Assembly (NCBI GenBank): GCA_947632735.1
Contig: CANRQG010000003.1
Coordinates: forward strand, 1-32,667
DNA length: 32,667 nucleotides
Direction: 5' to 3'
Origin: an uncultured Bacilli bacterium
GTDB taxonomy: Bacteria > Bacillota_I > Bacilli_A > RF39 > UBA660
Part shown: piece after piece, positions 1 through 10,189 of the stretch
Numbering within the stretch: the stretch's first letter is position 1
How the letters are laid out: each line of letters begins with the position of its first letter
Notes under the pieces: generated by a model
Told to the model about the DNA's origin: nothing
Databases searched by the model: none
Seen by the model: only the letters and a program-made list of their open reading frames with translations
Made by a program: the position numbers and the translations under genes

Positions 1-471
1 CATTATAAACTAAAGAAGTACTATGTGGATATTTCCCCATTACTGAACTTAGTAAAATAATTCTTGACCCCCCCCCCCATAGCATTTTTTGAGCAAGTCT
101 TTTAGACTTTGAATTATATAGAAGGGACAATTTAAATTAACGTTCATAGCATTTTCCCAAGCAAATTTATCTATTTTGCCAAATTCACTTTTTTCAGTAA
201 TACCACAATTTAAAACTAGAACTTTTATTTCATCAGTAATTTCTTTGACCTTTTCACAAAAAGACAAAGCATTTTCATAGCTATTTAAATTAAGTTTAAT
301 ACAATTAATTTTATCTTTGTATTTAGCATTTTCTTGTAAAAATTTTTGATATGCTTCATCATCATTAGCATAATTAATTATTACGTGATAACCATTTTCT
401 AGTAGTGATTTAGCTATTTCTTTTCCTATTCCTTTAGTGGAACCAGTTACAACTGCATACATATTACTCAT
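1..471 (-). pseudogene. SDR (FabG-like) oxidoreductase, frameshifted at a G11 tract; runs off the window edge (possibly a phase-variable OFF allele)
   Basis: N-terminal TGSTKGIG (TGxxxGxG) and VLNCG motifs. The ORF stops at 49 after YGGGGQELFY, but another frame continues GSRIILLSSVMGKYPHSTSLVYN, the expected SDR strand and catalytic Tyr region. C11 on the + strand at 68-78. Confidence 0.85.
68..78. repeat. C11/G11 homopolymer tract in the SDR gene
   Basis: Eleven consecutive C in very AT-rich DNA. G9 or G12 on the coding strand would restore the frame. Confidence 0.95.
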
Positions 472-1735
472 ATAGTTCCTCCATAATTTTACTTACAAAT
501 TTAGATTCACTTACAAATATCTTTTGATAATTATTTTCCGATAAAACAGTATTTAGAAAATCTGATAGTTCATAACGAATTCCTTCTTCATCAAAATCGA
601 AGCAATGTTTTCTCGTCTTTTCTCTATTATAAATAGTGAATGTTTCTGTCTTCCACCAAGGCTTTTCAACAATAGCATAACCATTAGTACCTATAACAGT
701 AAGTTCATCATTCAAATTCATTCCTTGACTAATTTGAATAGTCGCAATGGCATTATCATATTCAATTATCAATTTTCTATAAGTAACTTTATTATTTTCA
801 TAGACATCAAACTTATCTATATTTTTATAATTAGTACCTAAAATTTTAGCAATAGCCATTAAAGGATATATTAGTGCATCTTTAATTGTTTTTTGTTCAT
901 TACTATAAGTAATATCAATACTTTTTACATTTCCAATACTACCAGCTTTAAGCATTGAAGAAAGTCTTGAAAAACCAGGACAGTAAAAAGTATTAATTGC
1001 TTCAAATAAAACAAGATTATTTTCTTTAGCTAAGTCATATAATTCTATCATTTCTTGTTCACTTAAATCGCTATTTCTTTCAAAGAGAACTGATTTTTTA
1101 TTTTGTAAGGCCTTTTTTATATAGTCATATTGATTATCCATTTGAGACATATAGACAGCATCTATTTTCTTTAAAAATTTGTCATAATTAGAAGTATATG
1201 TTTCAAGCATATTTTCCTCACATACTTTAGAGGCCATTTTCTCATCTTCATTATAAGAAATAGTAAATTCTAAACCACTAACATATTTACTTTCTAAAAT
1301 AATAGCTTTTGATTTTCTAATAGAACCAGCATAACCTATTCTTAATATTCCAAATTGGTCTTTACGCAACTGGGTACTAGAAACACCTTTTGTTCTTTCA
1401 AGATAAACAACGTCACAATATTCTTTTAAATAATCAAATTTGCCTAGCCAGTCAGAGCCAAGAACAAGTTCATCAACATTGTATTTAATAATATCATCAA
1501 TTTTTTGACCCATATATTCTTCAACGATAATCTTATCGGCAAGTCCAGTTTTCTTTACATTTTCAATTCTTTCACTAACAGATTGCTTAACATTTAATTT
1601 ACCTCTTGTTTTATCATAAAAATCAGAAGTAACTCCTACAATTAAGTAATCTCCTCTTTCTTTAGCTCTTTTTATAATATTATAATGTCCTGTATGAAAT
1701 AAATCATAAGTCCCATAAGTAATTATTGTTTTCAT
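464..1735 (-). CDS. TagD-like polyol-phosphate cytidylyltransferase fused to a Gfo/Idh/MocA oxidoreductase-like domain
   Basis: ITYGTYDLFHTGH (HxGH) and RTKGVSSTQ in the first ~125 aa. The C-terminal part has a degenerate Gfo/Idh/MocA layout (LRIGYAGS, KSVLFE, LVLFEA, IGNVKSI). Confidence 0.8.
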   Translation of the reverse strand: MKTIITYGTYDLFHTGHYNIIKRAKERGDYLIVGVTSDFYDKTRGKLNVKQSVSERIENVKKTGLADKIIVEEYMGQKIDDIIKYNVDELVLGSDWLGKFDYLKEYCDVVYLERTKGVSSTQLRKDQFGILRIGYAGSIRKSKAIILESKYVSGLEFTISYNEDEKMASKVCEENMLETYTSNYDKFLKKIDAVYMSQMDNQYDYIKKALQNKKSVLFERNSDLSEQEMIELYDLAKENNLVLFEAINTFYCPGFSRLSSMLKAGSIGNVKSIDITYSNEQKTIKDALIYPLMAIAKILGTNYKNIDKFDVYENNKVTYRKLIIEYDNAIATIQISQGMNLNDELTVIGTNGYAIVEKPWWKTETFTIYNREKTRKHCFDFDEEGIRYELSDFLNTVLSENNYQKIFVSESKFVSKIMEELYE

Positions 1736-1852
1736 TCTATCACCTAATCATCATATTATTAGATTCCTTTCCTTTATATTTTTACTTATAATTAATTAGC
1801 TAATACTTAAATAGAAGTTTTAATGATATTATAATTTTATCATAAATATCTA

Positions 1853-3004
1853 TCAAGCTTTTAAAGAAATTTTATATTTTTTAATTTTTATTTTTAACTT
1901 GAAATAAATTTTCTTTAGTAAGCTATCTTTTCTTTTATATTTTTTATTTAAACTTTCGATAGATAATGTATCAATATCTTTTAAAAACAGCTTTCTTTTA
2001 AATGGTTTAATTGCTGAGGCAATAAGTGATTTATTATTCTCAAAGATATTCTCTATTTGGCATTCTTTTAGGATTAAATCTTTTTTTATTTCTTCTAACA
2101 TTTTTCTTCCTTTAGCACTATTAATGATAAGAGACGAAACACCTGTTTTATCATACATATCAGGATATACTTTTTTTATTCCCCAAAAGTCTCCTGAAGT
2201 TATATCTGAATATTTATTTCCTAACTTAAAATTACAGTTATAACAGCTTTCTCTTAAAGCTTTATCTGATAGGAATAAATTCATATAACTATTATCTTTA
2301 GCTCGTTCTATATGCTTTGAAGTTTTAAATATCATAGAGTTAGAATAAGTGTCCCAACCTGTTTCTTTATCTCTAAAGTTATAACTTATAAGTTTATCAT
2401 TATATTTTTCTTCTAGTTCTTTAACATATTTTTGAAATAACTTTGGTGTTGGAACACCGTGACATATAAAATCAATAGTAAACAAGTTCTCATTATCTTT
2501 TATAATTCTTTTTAGTCCAGCTACCTGACAGGGCGTTCCAACAAATAATATTTTTCTATCTTTTATATTTTTCTTTATAAAACTAAAGATATTTCCTAAA
2601 TCACTTTGTAAATACTTGGCTCTTCTTAATTGTTCTAAATCTTTAACTTCAGATATAGCTTTATGTATCAATTTATTATTTTCAAAAGTAGCTCCAATTA
2701 CAATTCCATCTTCCTTCAATATTTTTTGCGCTATTAGAGTAAATAGTCCTGATGAAGATGATTCTAAAGCTATCTTTTTATTTTTATTGATAGTGGCATA
2801 ACATTCATTCAAAGCAAAATTACTTTTAGTATTTAAAACAGGACAAGTTTTTTTACATAAGCCACAGTTTATACATTTATTCTGATTTATTATAGGGTAT
2901 TTAAAACCATCTAAGTCTTCACTCATTTCTATTGCTTGAACAGGGCAGATAGAAAAGCAAGCTGTACAACCAGTGCACTTTTCACGTTTTAGTACTTCCT
3001 CCAT
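1853..3004 (-). CDS. 4Fe-4S dicluster plus coenzyme F420 hydrogenase beta-subunit (FrhB)-like protein
   Basis: CTGCTACFSICP and CINCGLCKKTCP ferredoxin motifs; SSSSGLF, FVGTPCQV, ICHGVP, RESCYNC and GDFWG. Confidence 0.88.
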   Translation of the reverse strand: MEEVLKREKCTGCTACFSICPVQAIEMSEDLDGFKYPIINQNKCINCGLCKKTCPVLNTKSNFALNECYATINKNKKIALESSSSGLFTLIAQKILKEDGIVIGATFENNKLIHKAISEVKDLEQLRRAKYLQSDLGNIFSFIKKNIKDRKILFVGTPCQVAGLKRIIKDNENLFTIDFICHGVPTPKLFQKYVKELEEKYNDKLISYNFRDKETGWDTYSNSMIFKTSKHIERAKDNSYMNLFLSDKALRESCYNCNFKLGNKYSDITSGDFWGIKKVYPDMYDKTGVSSLIINSAKGRKMLEEIKKDLILKECQIENIFENNKSLIASAIKPFKRKLFLKDIDTLSIESLNKKYKRKDSLLKKIYFKLKIKIKKYKISLKA

Positions 3005-3005
3005 T

Positions 3006-4199
3006 TTAGTGCCTCTTTACTGTTCTTGCCAATTTTTCTTGAGTATTAGTTGGTAATACCTTTTTTAAAAAAGTTAATATTACTACTTTAATTTTATAGA
3101 TAATTGAAACAGAAAAATCTGTTCTCTTAGATAAAACTGAATATACAGGTTCATTCATTTCACTTTTTCGATAATGTTGTTTCCAAAGCCAGTTATAATA
3201 TTCTTTTCTATGCTCTTGATAGTATTTTATATCAAAAACAGTAGAGAAGTTTTCTAATTTATTAATGGCATCTAAACTGACTAATGTTCTACGACATTTA
3301 CTACAAACCCCACAATTATAAGGTTTATTTATGCAAACGTGTAGATGTTTATTAGCTGGTTCAAAATCAGAAATATTAATTGTTTTTTCTAGTCTTGTTT
3401 TTTCCCCTGATTCAGAATAGATTCTTAAACCTTGATGTGAAAAACATTGTAATGTTAATAAATCATAGTGAGCACTATCTTCTAAATCATTATCAATAAT
3501 TGTAAATCTAGAATAGTCCAAACCAACAGATGCCAAATAATACCTTTTCCATAGTTTTTGTAAAATATATATGGCAAAGCAACAAGAATACGTGTTAGTC
3601 AGATAATGATTTTGTGGGATTTCTGTAGCAAAATTAGAGTCAGTTTCAATAAGTTCAATGCCTAACTCTTTTGCGACTATAGCGGCTTGTTCATATCGTT
3701 CTTTTTTTACTTTATCAATGCCATAATCTTTATAACAATTATTAAAAGCACCTACATTGTTTAGACATAAATGAGTTAAGTTCATACTTTGATATTCCGA
3801 ATTTAAATGATTCTTAATCGCATCAAAAGAGTCTACCCCACAAGAACAACCAGTACCAACTGCGGTTCCTTCTGTTATCGGTTTTATCATAGGGGCTTTT
3901 ATATTAATACTTTTTAAATTATGACCATATCTAGAAAGACTTGGTATTAAAGTTGTTCTAATATTATAAAGTAATTCTTCAGTGATAGGATAATCACTTT
4001 CAATATCTTGGCCCTCACGCATAGCATAATTTAATAAACCTATTACATAAGCATCTATTCTGTCATCAACTAGATATTTACCATATTTTTTATCTACTTC
4101 AAAGAAGATAGAATGTTTTTTATTATCAATAAAAATATCACAAATACATCTCGTTTTATCATTTTTACTAATAATATATGGCTTTTCTATTCTTATCAT
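3006..4199 (-). CDS. Hypothetical polysaccharide-locus protein with a PP-loop-like motif and Cys cluster
   Basis: GCSCGVDS resembles the SGGxDS PP-loop; LHVC and NCGVCSKCRRT form a Cys cluster. Directly abuts its neighbours. Confidence 0.55.
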   Translation of the reverse strand: MIRIEKPYIISKNDKTRCICDIFIDNKKHSIFFEVDKKYGKYLVDDRIDAYVIGLLNYAMREGQDIESDYPITEELLYNIRTTLIPSLSRYGHNLKSINIKAPMIKPITEGTAVGTGCSCGVDSFDAIKNHLNSEYQSMNLTHLCLNNVGAFNNCYKDYGIDKVKKERYEQAAIVAKELGIELIETDSNFATEIPQNHYLTNTYSCCFAIYILQKLWKRYYLASVGLDYSRFTIIDNDLEDSAHYDLLTLQCFSHQGLRIYSESGEKTRLEKTINISDFEPANKHLHVCINKPYNCGVCSKCRRTLVSLDAINKLENFSTVFDIKYYQEHRKEYYNWLWKQHYRKSEMNEPVYSVLSKRTDFSVSIIYKIKVVILTFLKKVLPTNTQEKLARTVKRH

Positions 4200-5716
4200 T
4201 ATACTAACCTCCTAAACTTTCCAATAAACTTATCAGCAATACCTTTTTCATAATTATTCATTAAAGTAAAATATATTGTAATTAAATAAATAATAGTATA
4301 AATAGACCCATAAACTAATAAACTAATTATTCCTTCTAGTTTCGTTAAATAAATAATTATCCAAATGATAGACACTGGCAATAAGCAAACAATAAGCATT
4401 TTAATAATGTTCTTCCAAAAAAGAACCATATTAAGTTTTAAATAAAATTGATAATATAAATTGATTATAATTATTGATACTATCATTCCTATACCTGTTC
4501 CTAAAGCTGAACCTATTGCGCCATAATATTTAGCCAAAAAGATAGAACAAATAAAATTTATTAAGGCAACTACAATATTAGTAATAGTCGCAAAGCGGTG
4601 TTTATTAAGTGCTTGTCTTATACTTATTCCAAGATTTTGAATTAGTGGTATAGATACAGGTAAAATTAAAAGTAAAGCACAGTAGTAAGAGTCAATATAT
4701 TTTTTTCCTACCCACCAAATTATAAATTCTTTACCAAATAATACTAAGCCACTGGTCATTAAGAAAACAACATAAAACTGTAATCTTCCAACTTTTATAA
4801 ATTCAGCTGTTAATTCTTTAGTGGTAGCATTTTTGGCAATCATTTTTGATATTTTTGGTAAAAGGACACTACTTATAGCTGTAGAGAGTCCAACAAATAA
4901 AGTATTAATTTGTGAAGCAACAGCATAAACAGAAACAGCAATTGTACCTACAACAGCGCCTAAAATAAACTGGTCAATACTCCAATTAATCTTGTCAACT
5001 ATAATGCCTAAAAAAATCCATATAGAATAACTTAAAATTACCTTAAATAATGAAAAGTCAAAACCCATAAATTTAATTTTTATTTTTAATTTTCTTCGAC
5101 AATATAAATAATTAGATAGTAAAATTAATACATTTACTAATGTAATTACTATAACCATAGTAACTGATTTCAAACCCATAAATAATAACGGTATCATAAT
5201 TAATGGTTTAAGAATAGTTCCCAATATAGAGAGTATTTTTTGATAAACAAATTTCTCATAAGCATTTAATATTGAAGAATAAATACTAAAGACAAATGAA
5301 ATAACTAAATTAAAAGTTAAAATTAACATCATTATTTTAGCTTTATGTAATTCCAAAGATGTCATAGTATTACCAAATAAATTATCTACATTAAAATATA
5401 AAATTAAACCTATTACTCCGGCAATTAAACCTATAATGGTAAATATTAAAGCAAACATTCCGTGAAGTTTTTTTTCTTCTTCATATTTTTTTTGAGCTCG
5501 ATACTTAGATGTATAAACGACAATAGCGTTACCAAAGCCTAAATCTAAAACAGTTAAATAACCAACAATAGAATTAACAAGAGAATAAAGTCCATATTCA
5601 CTTTGACCTAATTGTCTTATTAGAAAGGGCGTGTACAATAGCTGAATAAGTGTTGAAGCTATAATGGAAACATAAGATAAAATGGCACCTAATTTTCTAT
5701 TAGTACTTTCATTCAT
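4199..5716 (-). CDS. wzx: Wzx-type oligosaccharide flippase
   Basis: 505 aa with many hydrophobic segments; YTPFLIRQLGQSEYGLYSLV...LDLGFG is a typical MOP flippase N-terminus. Confidence 0.9.
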   Translation of the reverse strand: MNESTNRKLGAILSYVSIIASTLIQLLYTPFLIRQLGQSEYGLYSLVNSIVGYLTVLDLGFGNAIVVYTSKYRAQKKYEEEKKLHGMFALIFTIIGLIAGVIGLILYFNVDNLFGNTMTSLELHKAKIMMLILTFNLVISFVFSIYSSILNAYEKFVYQKILSILGTILKPLIMIPLLFMGLKSVTMVIVITLVNVLILLSNYLYCRRKLKIKIKFMGFDFSLFKVILSYSIWIFLGIIVDKINWSIDQFILGAVVGTIAVSVYAVASQINTLFVGLSTAISSVLLPKISKMIAKNATTKELTAEFIKVGRLQFYVVFLMTSGLVLFGKEFIIWWVGKKYIDSYYCALLLILPVSIPLIQNLGISIRQALNKHRFATITNIVVALINFICSIFLAKYYGAIGSALGTGIGMIVSIIIINLYYQFYLKLNMVLFWKNIIKMLIVCLLPVSIIWIIIYLTKLEGIISLLVYGSIYTIIYLITIYFTLMNNYEKGIADKFIGKFRRLV

Positions 5717-6923
5717 TTAAATCACTTCCATTTAGTTTTTTATATATCCAGTTAACAACTTTTTTCGATGCATCGCCTCTATCACATACACCAAAATTAG
5801 TAAAAAATATTTTAACTTTTTTCTGATATAAATCATTATTAAATTCTTCTATATTTTTAATTAATTCATTATTGTTTGTTGAAATAGGAAAAGGCAAAGA
5901 CATATAATCAAAGTAATAGCCACGTTCTTTTTGAAATGTTTTTAAATCTGATGCATAAAGAAAAATTGGTCTTTTCAAATAAGCATAGTCAAAAATAATA
6001 GAAGAATAATCTGATATAACTATATCAGATGCAATAAGCAATTCAGAAGAATCATCATAGCTACTAACATCAATTATTTTTTCACTTTTAAAAGATAATA
6101 AATTGCTTAAATTAGCAATATCAGGATGTAGTCTTAATAAAATCACCCATTTTTCATTATTCTTTTCTAAAGTACTTAGTAATCTTTCAAAATCGATATT
6201 ATAATTTTCTAAACTATAGTCATTTCTAAAGGTCGGTGCATACATTAAAATTTTAGTATCATTTTTAATAGAAAGTTTTTCTTTAACTTCAGCCTTTATT
6301 TTGTGACAAGCTTCTTTATCAAAATAAATATCACATCGAGGGAGACCTGACTCAAGTATTTCACCATCATACCACCAACTTCTTCGATATTGTGAAGTTA
6401 ATTCTTTATTATTGGAGATAAATAAATCAGCCATTTTAGAATCTTTTTTAGCAAATTTTACATACCATTTTGGCAAATCTTTTTCTATATCTTTTTCAGC
6501 TTTTTTTAATGAAATACCACCGTGCCAGGTTTGAATATAGTATTGATGTTTTCTTTTAGGTGGATAAAGTGACTTTCTAACATTGTCTATCCAAAACTTA
6601 GCTGTTGCCATTTCATATAAAGATTTAATTGAATTATATTTTACTTTTTTTACTTCTTTAGGTAATTTAGATGTATCAAAATATCTAGAATTTACAAGCC
6701 AAACAATTTTTAATTTATTATCTTTTAAGAGCTCTTCGATGATAAATTTACCACTATCTCCATAGCCTCTGCCACCAAAATTATCAACGACCACTTTATC
6801 TTGAAGAGGAAAAATATTGAATATTGCACCTAAAGAATAATTTCTAAAGCATAAAGCATAATGATAAATATCTAATAAAAAAGTCTTTTTTAATTTTGAA
6901 ACTAATTTATTCATAGTAAACAC
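5709..6923 (-). CDS. CDP-glycerol glycerophosphotransferase family (TagB/TagF-like)
   Basis: QTWHG, GLPRCD, YAPTFR, LRLHP and SDYSSIIFD motifs. Start may be the ATG at 6914. Confidence 0.9.
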   Translation of the reverse strand: MFTMNKLVSKLKKTFLLDIYHYALCFRNYSLGAIFNIFPLQDKVVVDNFGGRGYGDSGKFIIEELLKDNKLKIVWLVNSRYFDTSKLPKEVKKVKYNSIKSLYEMATAKFWIDNVRKSLYPPKRKHQYYIQTWHGGISLKKAEKDIEKDLPKWYVKFAKKDSKMADLFISNNKELTSQYRRSWWYDGEILESGLPRCDIYFDKEACHKIKAEVKEKLSIKNDTKILMYAPTFRNDYSLENYNIDFERLLSTLEKNNEKWVILLRLHPDIANLSNLLSFKSEKIIDVSSYDDSSELLIASDIVISDYSSIIFDYAYLKRPIFLYASDLKTFQKERGYYFDYMSLPFPISTNNNELIKNIEEFNNDLYQKKVKIFFTNFGVCDRGDASKKVVNWIYKKLNGSDLNE

Positions 6924-6939
6924 ATTCCCTTCTAGTTAT

Positions 6940-7989
6940 TTAATTTAAGTTATCCTTTAAAAAACTTAAAGCTATTTTTTGTTCTTGGTTTAGCAGATTA
7001 AAGGTTTCTTCAGAATAGAGTTTTAAATTTTTTTCATTAATTATTCCATTATAAACTCTATCATTTAAATTAAACTTTTCTACTAATGTATCAATTCTTG
7101 AAGTCATATCAACTTTATCATCTTCCCTTTTAAAAATAAGAAGAGGTCTATTAAAAATAAGAGCAAATACCGAAGAGTGAAAAGAATCAGTACAAATCAT
7201 AAAAGCATTTTGTTCTAAATATAAAAATTCACTTGGACCAGTATTATAAAAAGGGTCATTTTTATCTAAAAGATTAATAATAGTACAGTTATTTTTATCA
7301 GCAAATTTTTGGATTTCTTGTTTTCTTTTTAGAGAAAGATTTCCTAAAAAATAGCATAAAATATATTTATTGTCTTCTAACATTTTTGGTTTCTTACTAA
7401 CTTTTTGCCATTCTTCTTTTGATAAGAGCATAGTTGGGTCAACTAAAAGTTTAATATCTTTCCTTTTAGTTAATTTTTCAACTATTTCTTTACCACTATT
7501 TTCTCTAACCGAAATAGCTTTAAAGTTTTCTAGATATTTTTTAGCAAATTTTTCTTCTTGAGGACTTAACTTTGATATTCCAAAACTAGCTGATAAAGCT
7601 ATTTTTTGTTCATTTTTAGCAAAAGATAGAAAATCAACATCACGCATTCTGTTATAAGTTGGCTTCCATACCTGGTCACTTCCAACAACAAAATAATCAA
7701 ATTTTTTAGCTAATGAAGAATAAGGTGTTACTAACTTTTTATTAAATTTTATATTTTTATTAAATTCAGAAAAGCATTTATCTCTTTCTGATACTTCTTT
7801 TTTATTTTTATTAAGTAATAAATATTTTAAATATCTAAAAGCAAACATTTTTTTAGTATTAAGAAGTGGTATATTGCGTAAAGTAATGGCATCATTTCCT
7901 AGTTTTTTTAAAACTTCTTGAACAGCATAATTTTGAAGTCTATTGCCATAATTATTGAAGTCATTAATTGTTACTATTCCTACTTTCAT
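6940..7989 (-). CDS. Polysaccharide pyruvyl transferase family protein
   Basis: NYGNRLQNYA, VGSDQVW, ISVRE, DPTMLL and TDSFH motifs. Start reassigned to the ATG at 7989 (MKVGIVT), which follows an AGGGGGG RBS. Confidence 0.9.
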   Translation of the reverse strand: MKVGIVTINDFNNYGNRLQNYAVQEVLKKLGNDAITLRNIPLLNTKKMFAFRYLKYLLLNKNKKEVSERDKCFSEFNKNIKFNKKLVTPYSSLAKKFDYFVVGSDQVWKPTYNRMRDVDFLSFAKNEQKIALSASFGISKLSPQEEKFAKKYLENFKAISVRENSGKEIVEKLTKRKDIKLLVDPTMLLSKEEWQKVSKKPKMLEDNKYILCYFLGNLSLKRKQEIQKFADKNNCTIINLLDKNDPFYNTGPSEFLYLEQNAFMICTDSFHSSVFALIFNRPLLIFKREDDKVDMTSRIDTLVEKFNLNDRVYNGIINEKNLKLYSEETFNLLNQEQKIALSFLKDNLN

Positions 7990-8006
7990 TTTTGATACCC
8001 CCCTAA

Positions 8007-9155
8007 TTAATTTAACCACGGAAATGTAGTTGAGCTATATGGAAAAGCTTCATTATTTTTTTGTATAGGATATTTCCAATACCAAAATGTAAATAACATT
8101 AGAAAAACTGTAATATGGCTAATTATTCGATTTTTTTCTTTTTTAAATGAGTTGGCAAAAGCGGGAACACAGTAAAGCATACCTATATAGCGATAGTAAT
8201 AACCTACTCTTTCTCCATTAAGTAATCTAAAACTAATTACATATAAAATAATTTCTACTAAAATTAAATAAAAGTATTTAGTAAATTCTCTATTATCTGT
8301 ACTTTTAGAAAACATAAGCATCGTTACTCCAAAATAAAGACAAATAAATCTATATATTAATTCAGAATAGCTTGTACTAATATCACTAGAATAGTAATCT
8401 GAATTTAAATAATTAGCATATTTTTCTGGTAGTAGTTTAAGAGTATTAGAAAGGAAGTATAGAATTTTATCGTAGTACATTATGAAAAATGAAAGAGCTA
8501 TTAAAATTAAAGATAAGAATATAAATTTATCCTTATTAGAGATTTTTTCAGAGTTAAAGATTAACATAACAGGAATAATAGGAACAGCTAGAATGGTACT
8601 ATCGTGGAAAAGGAAAGCTAAAAGATAAAAAATAAAAACTTTGAAATATTTCTTTTCATTTAAAAAAACTATTCCTAGCAAAACAAAGCCAATTGAAATA
8701 CTTTGTCTCATAACTGTAAAAGAACGACAATACCATAGCAATAAATATGTGGCCATTACAAGAGGCATACTTAACTTTTCACGATATTTATAAGCAAATA
8801 TAAATACACATAGACACGGTATAAGTTGAAGAAAAAATAGGGAGACTTCTAATCTATCTGAAATAAAATGCGTTACTGCATAAATAAGTATACGATAACC
8901 AACTTCAACATAATTTGCTCCTCTAAAAAATTCAAGAAATGACCTAGCGTTTTTGGATCTAGCAACTACTGTTGTTACATAAACATTAATATCTCTTCCA
9001 ACGCCAATAGCTCTAACGCCAGCAATAAAACTTGGAACTACTACAGTAAGGATAGAATAAAAAATTCCAAGCTTTTTTTTATCATTTTTAAAAGCTTTTT
9101 GAGCATTAAAAGCACATAGTATTGTCAATAGGAAACAAAGTATATAAGCTTTCAT
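8007..9155 (-). CDS. wzy: EpsG-family Wzy polymerase
   Basis: Polytopic membrane protein with GVRAIGVGRD, EVGY, MRQSIS and FHDS motifs typical of EpsG. Confidence 0.82.
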   Translation of the reverse strand: MKAYILCFLLTILCAFNAQKAFKNDKKKLGIFYSILTVVVPSFIAGVRAIGVGRDINVYVTTVVARSKNARSFLEFFRGANYVEVGYRILIYAVTHFISDRLEVSLFFLQLIPCLCVFIFAYKYREKLSMPLVMATYLLLWYCRSFTVMRQSISIGFVLLGIVFLNEKKYFKVFIFYLLAFLFHDSTILAVPIIPVMLIFNSEKISNKDKFIFLSLILIALSFFIMYYDKILYFLSNTLKLLPEKYANYLNSDYYSSDISTSYSELIYRFICLYFGVTMLMFSKSTDNREFTKYFYLILVEIILYVISFRLLNGERVGYYYRYIGMLYCVPAFANSFKKEKNRIISHITVFLMLFTFWYWKYPIQKNNEAFPYSSTTFPWLN

Positions 9156-9174
9156 TTAACCTCTTCCTTTCTTT

Positions 9175-10170
9175 TTATTTTTCAAAACTAGATTTTTCAG
9201 GTAAAATTTTTTCAAAGCTTAATTGTAATTCTTTTTTGGCTTTTTCAAAATCTAAGTTTGGATTATCATTTATACATATGACTTTATATTTTTGTTTTTC
9301 TATAGCATTACATAAAGTTTCATTATTATCTTTAACAGAATAAACTTTGCCAAATTTAAAACTTCTTGGGTAAAAGTTACCTTCTAATATTTGCCAGTAG
9401 CGAAAGGTATATTGACTAAAATCATTTATTGAACGGAATTTATGAGAACAAGTAGTATCAAAAGCATCATATTCCTTATTCCAGACTTTCTTTAAGGTTT
9501 CTTTTTTTAAAGATACAGGTATATGAGTATCATAAATTAAAGAAAAATTATTCCAAGGCAAGAGAAGTAAAGTTCTAAAGTTTTTCATTCCATATCTTAA
9601 ATTAAAGTATTTTGTAAAATGCTCTTTCAAAAATTTTCTTTTAGAAAAATTTTGATTAATTAAAGACATATTATTTAGGAGAATATGGCTAAATATTGAT
9701 TTATTATTTTCCCCTACTAAAGCATTTTCAGCAAAAGAATCACGTGGTAAATTATTTTTGAAAAAATCAGTATCTTCTACTTTTCGTATCAAAAACATAT
9801 CATCGTTAAAATAAACAAAATTTTCAGATAAATCTTTAATAAGATGCATATTATTTTCAATTGGATGAGAATTAAATGTTGGCAAATATTTTTTAGGAAT
9901 ATAATCTTCGTGTTTTACAATATCTAATTTTTTATTATCTATATTTAGCCACTCTGGTAAATGACCATACGTAATAAAATGAATTTTTCTAACCCAGGGA
10001 GCAAATTTTTCTACTCCTCTGAACCAATACTTTAAAAGTTCCCAATCACGATACCTAGAATTCTTACTATCTGAAGTTTTATCAGGAATATATTTATCTT
10101 TTTCTTTTTGCCATTTAGAATCATTTCCATCTACCCAAGTAATTACAAAATCTATATCTAAATTTCTCAT
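9175..10170 (-). CDS. Stealth-family hexose-1-phosphate transferase
   Basis: CR1 IDFVITWVDG, CR2 LPTFNSHPIE and YFNDDMF, CR4 CIND. The ATG at 10170 after GAAGGA is preferred over the ORF-track start at 10188. Confidence 0.92.
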   Translation of the reverse strand: MRNLDIDFVITWVDGNDSKWQKEKDKYIPDKTSDSKNSRYRDWELLKYWFRGVEKFAPWVRKIHFITYGHLPEWLNIDNKKLDIVKHEDYIPKKYLPTFNSHPIENNMHLIKDLSENFVYFNDDMFLIRKVEDTDFFKNNLPRDSFAENALVGENNKSIFSHILLNNMSLINQNFSKRKFLKEHFTKYFNLRYGMKNFRTLLLLPWNNFSLIYDTHIPVSLKKETLKKVWNKEYDAFDTTCSHKFRSINDFSQYTFRYWQILEGNFYPRSFKFGKVYSVKDNNETLCNAIEKQKYKVICINDNPNLDFEKAKKELQLSFEKILPEKSSFEK

Positions 10171-10189
10171 AAAATCTTCCTTCTGCAAA

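Noticed and set aside
7998-8003. C6/G6 tract as a phase-variable site
   Set aside because: Short, and explained as the RBS of the pyruvyl transferase gene (true start 7989).
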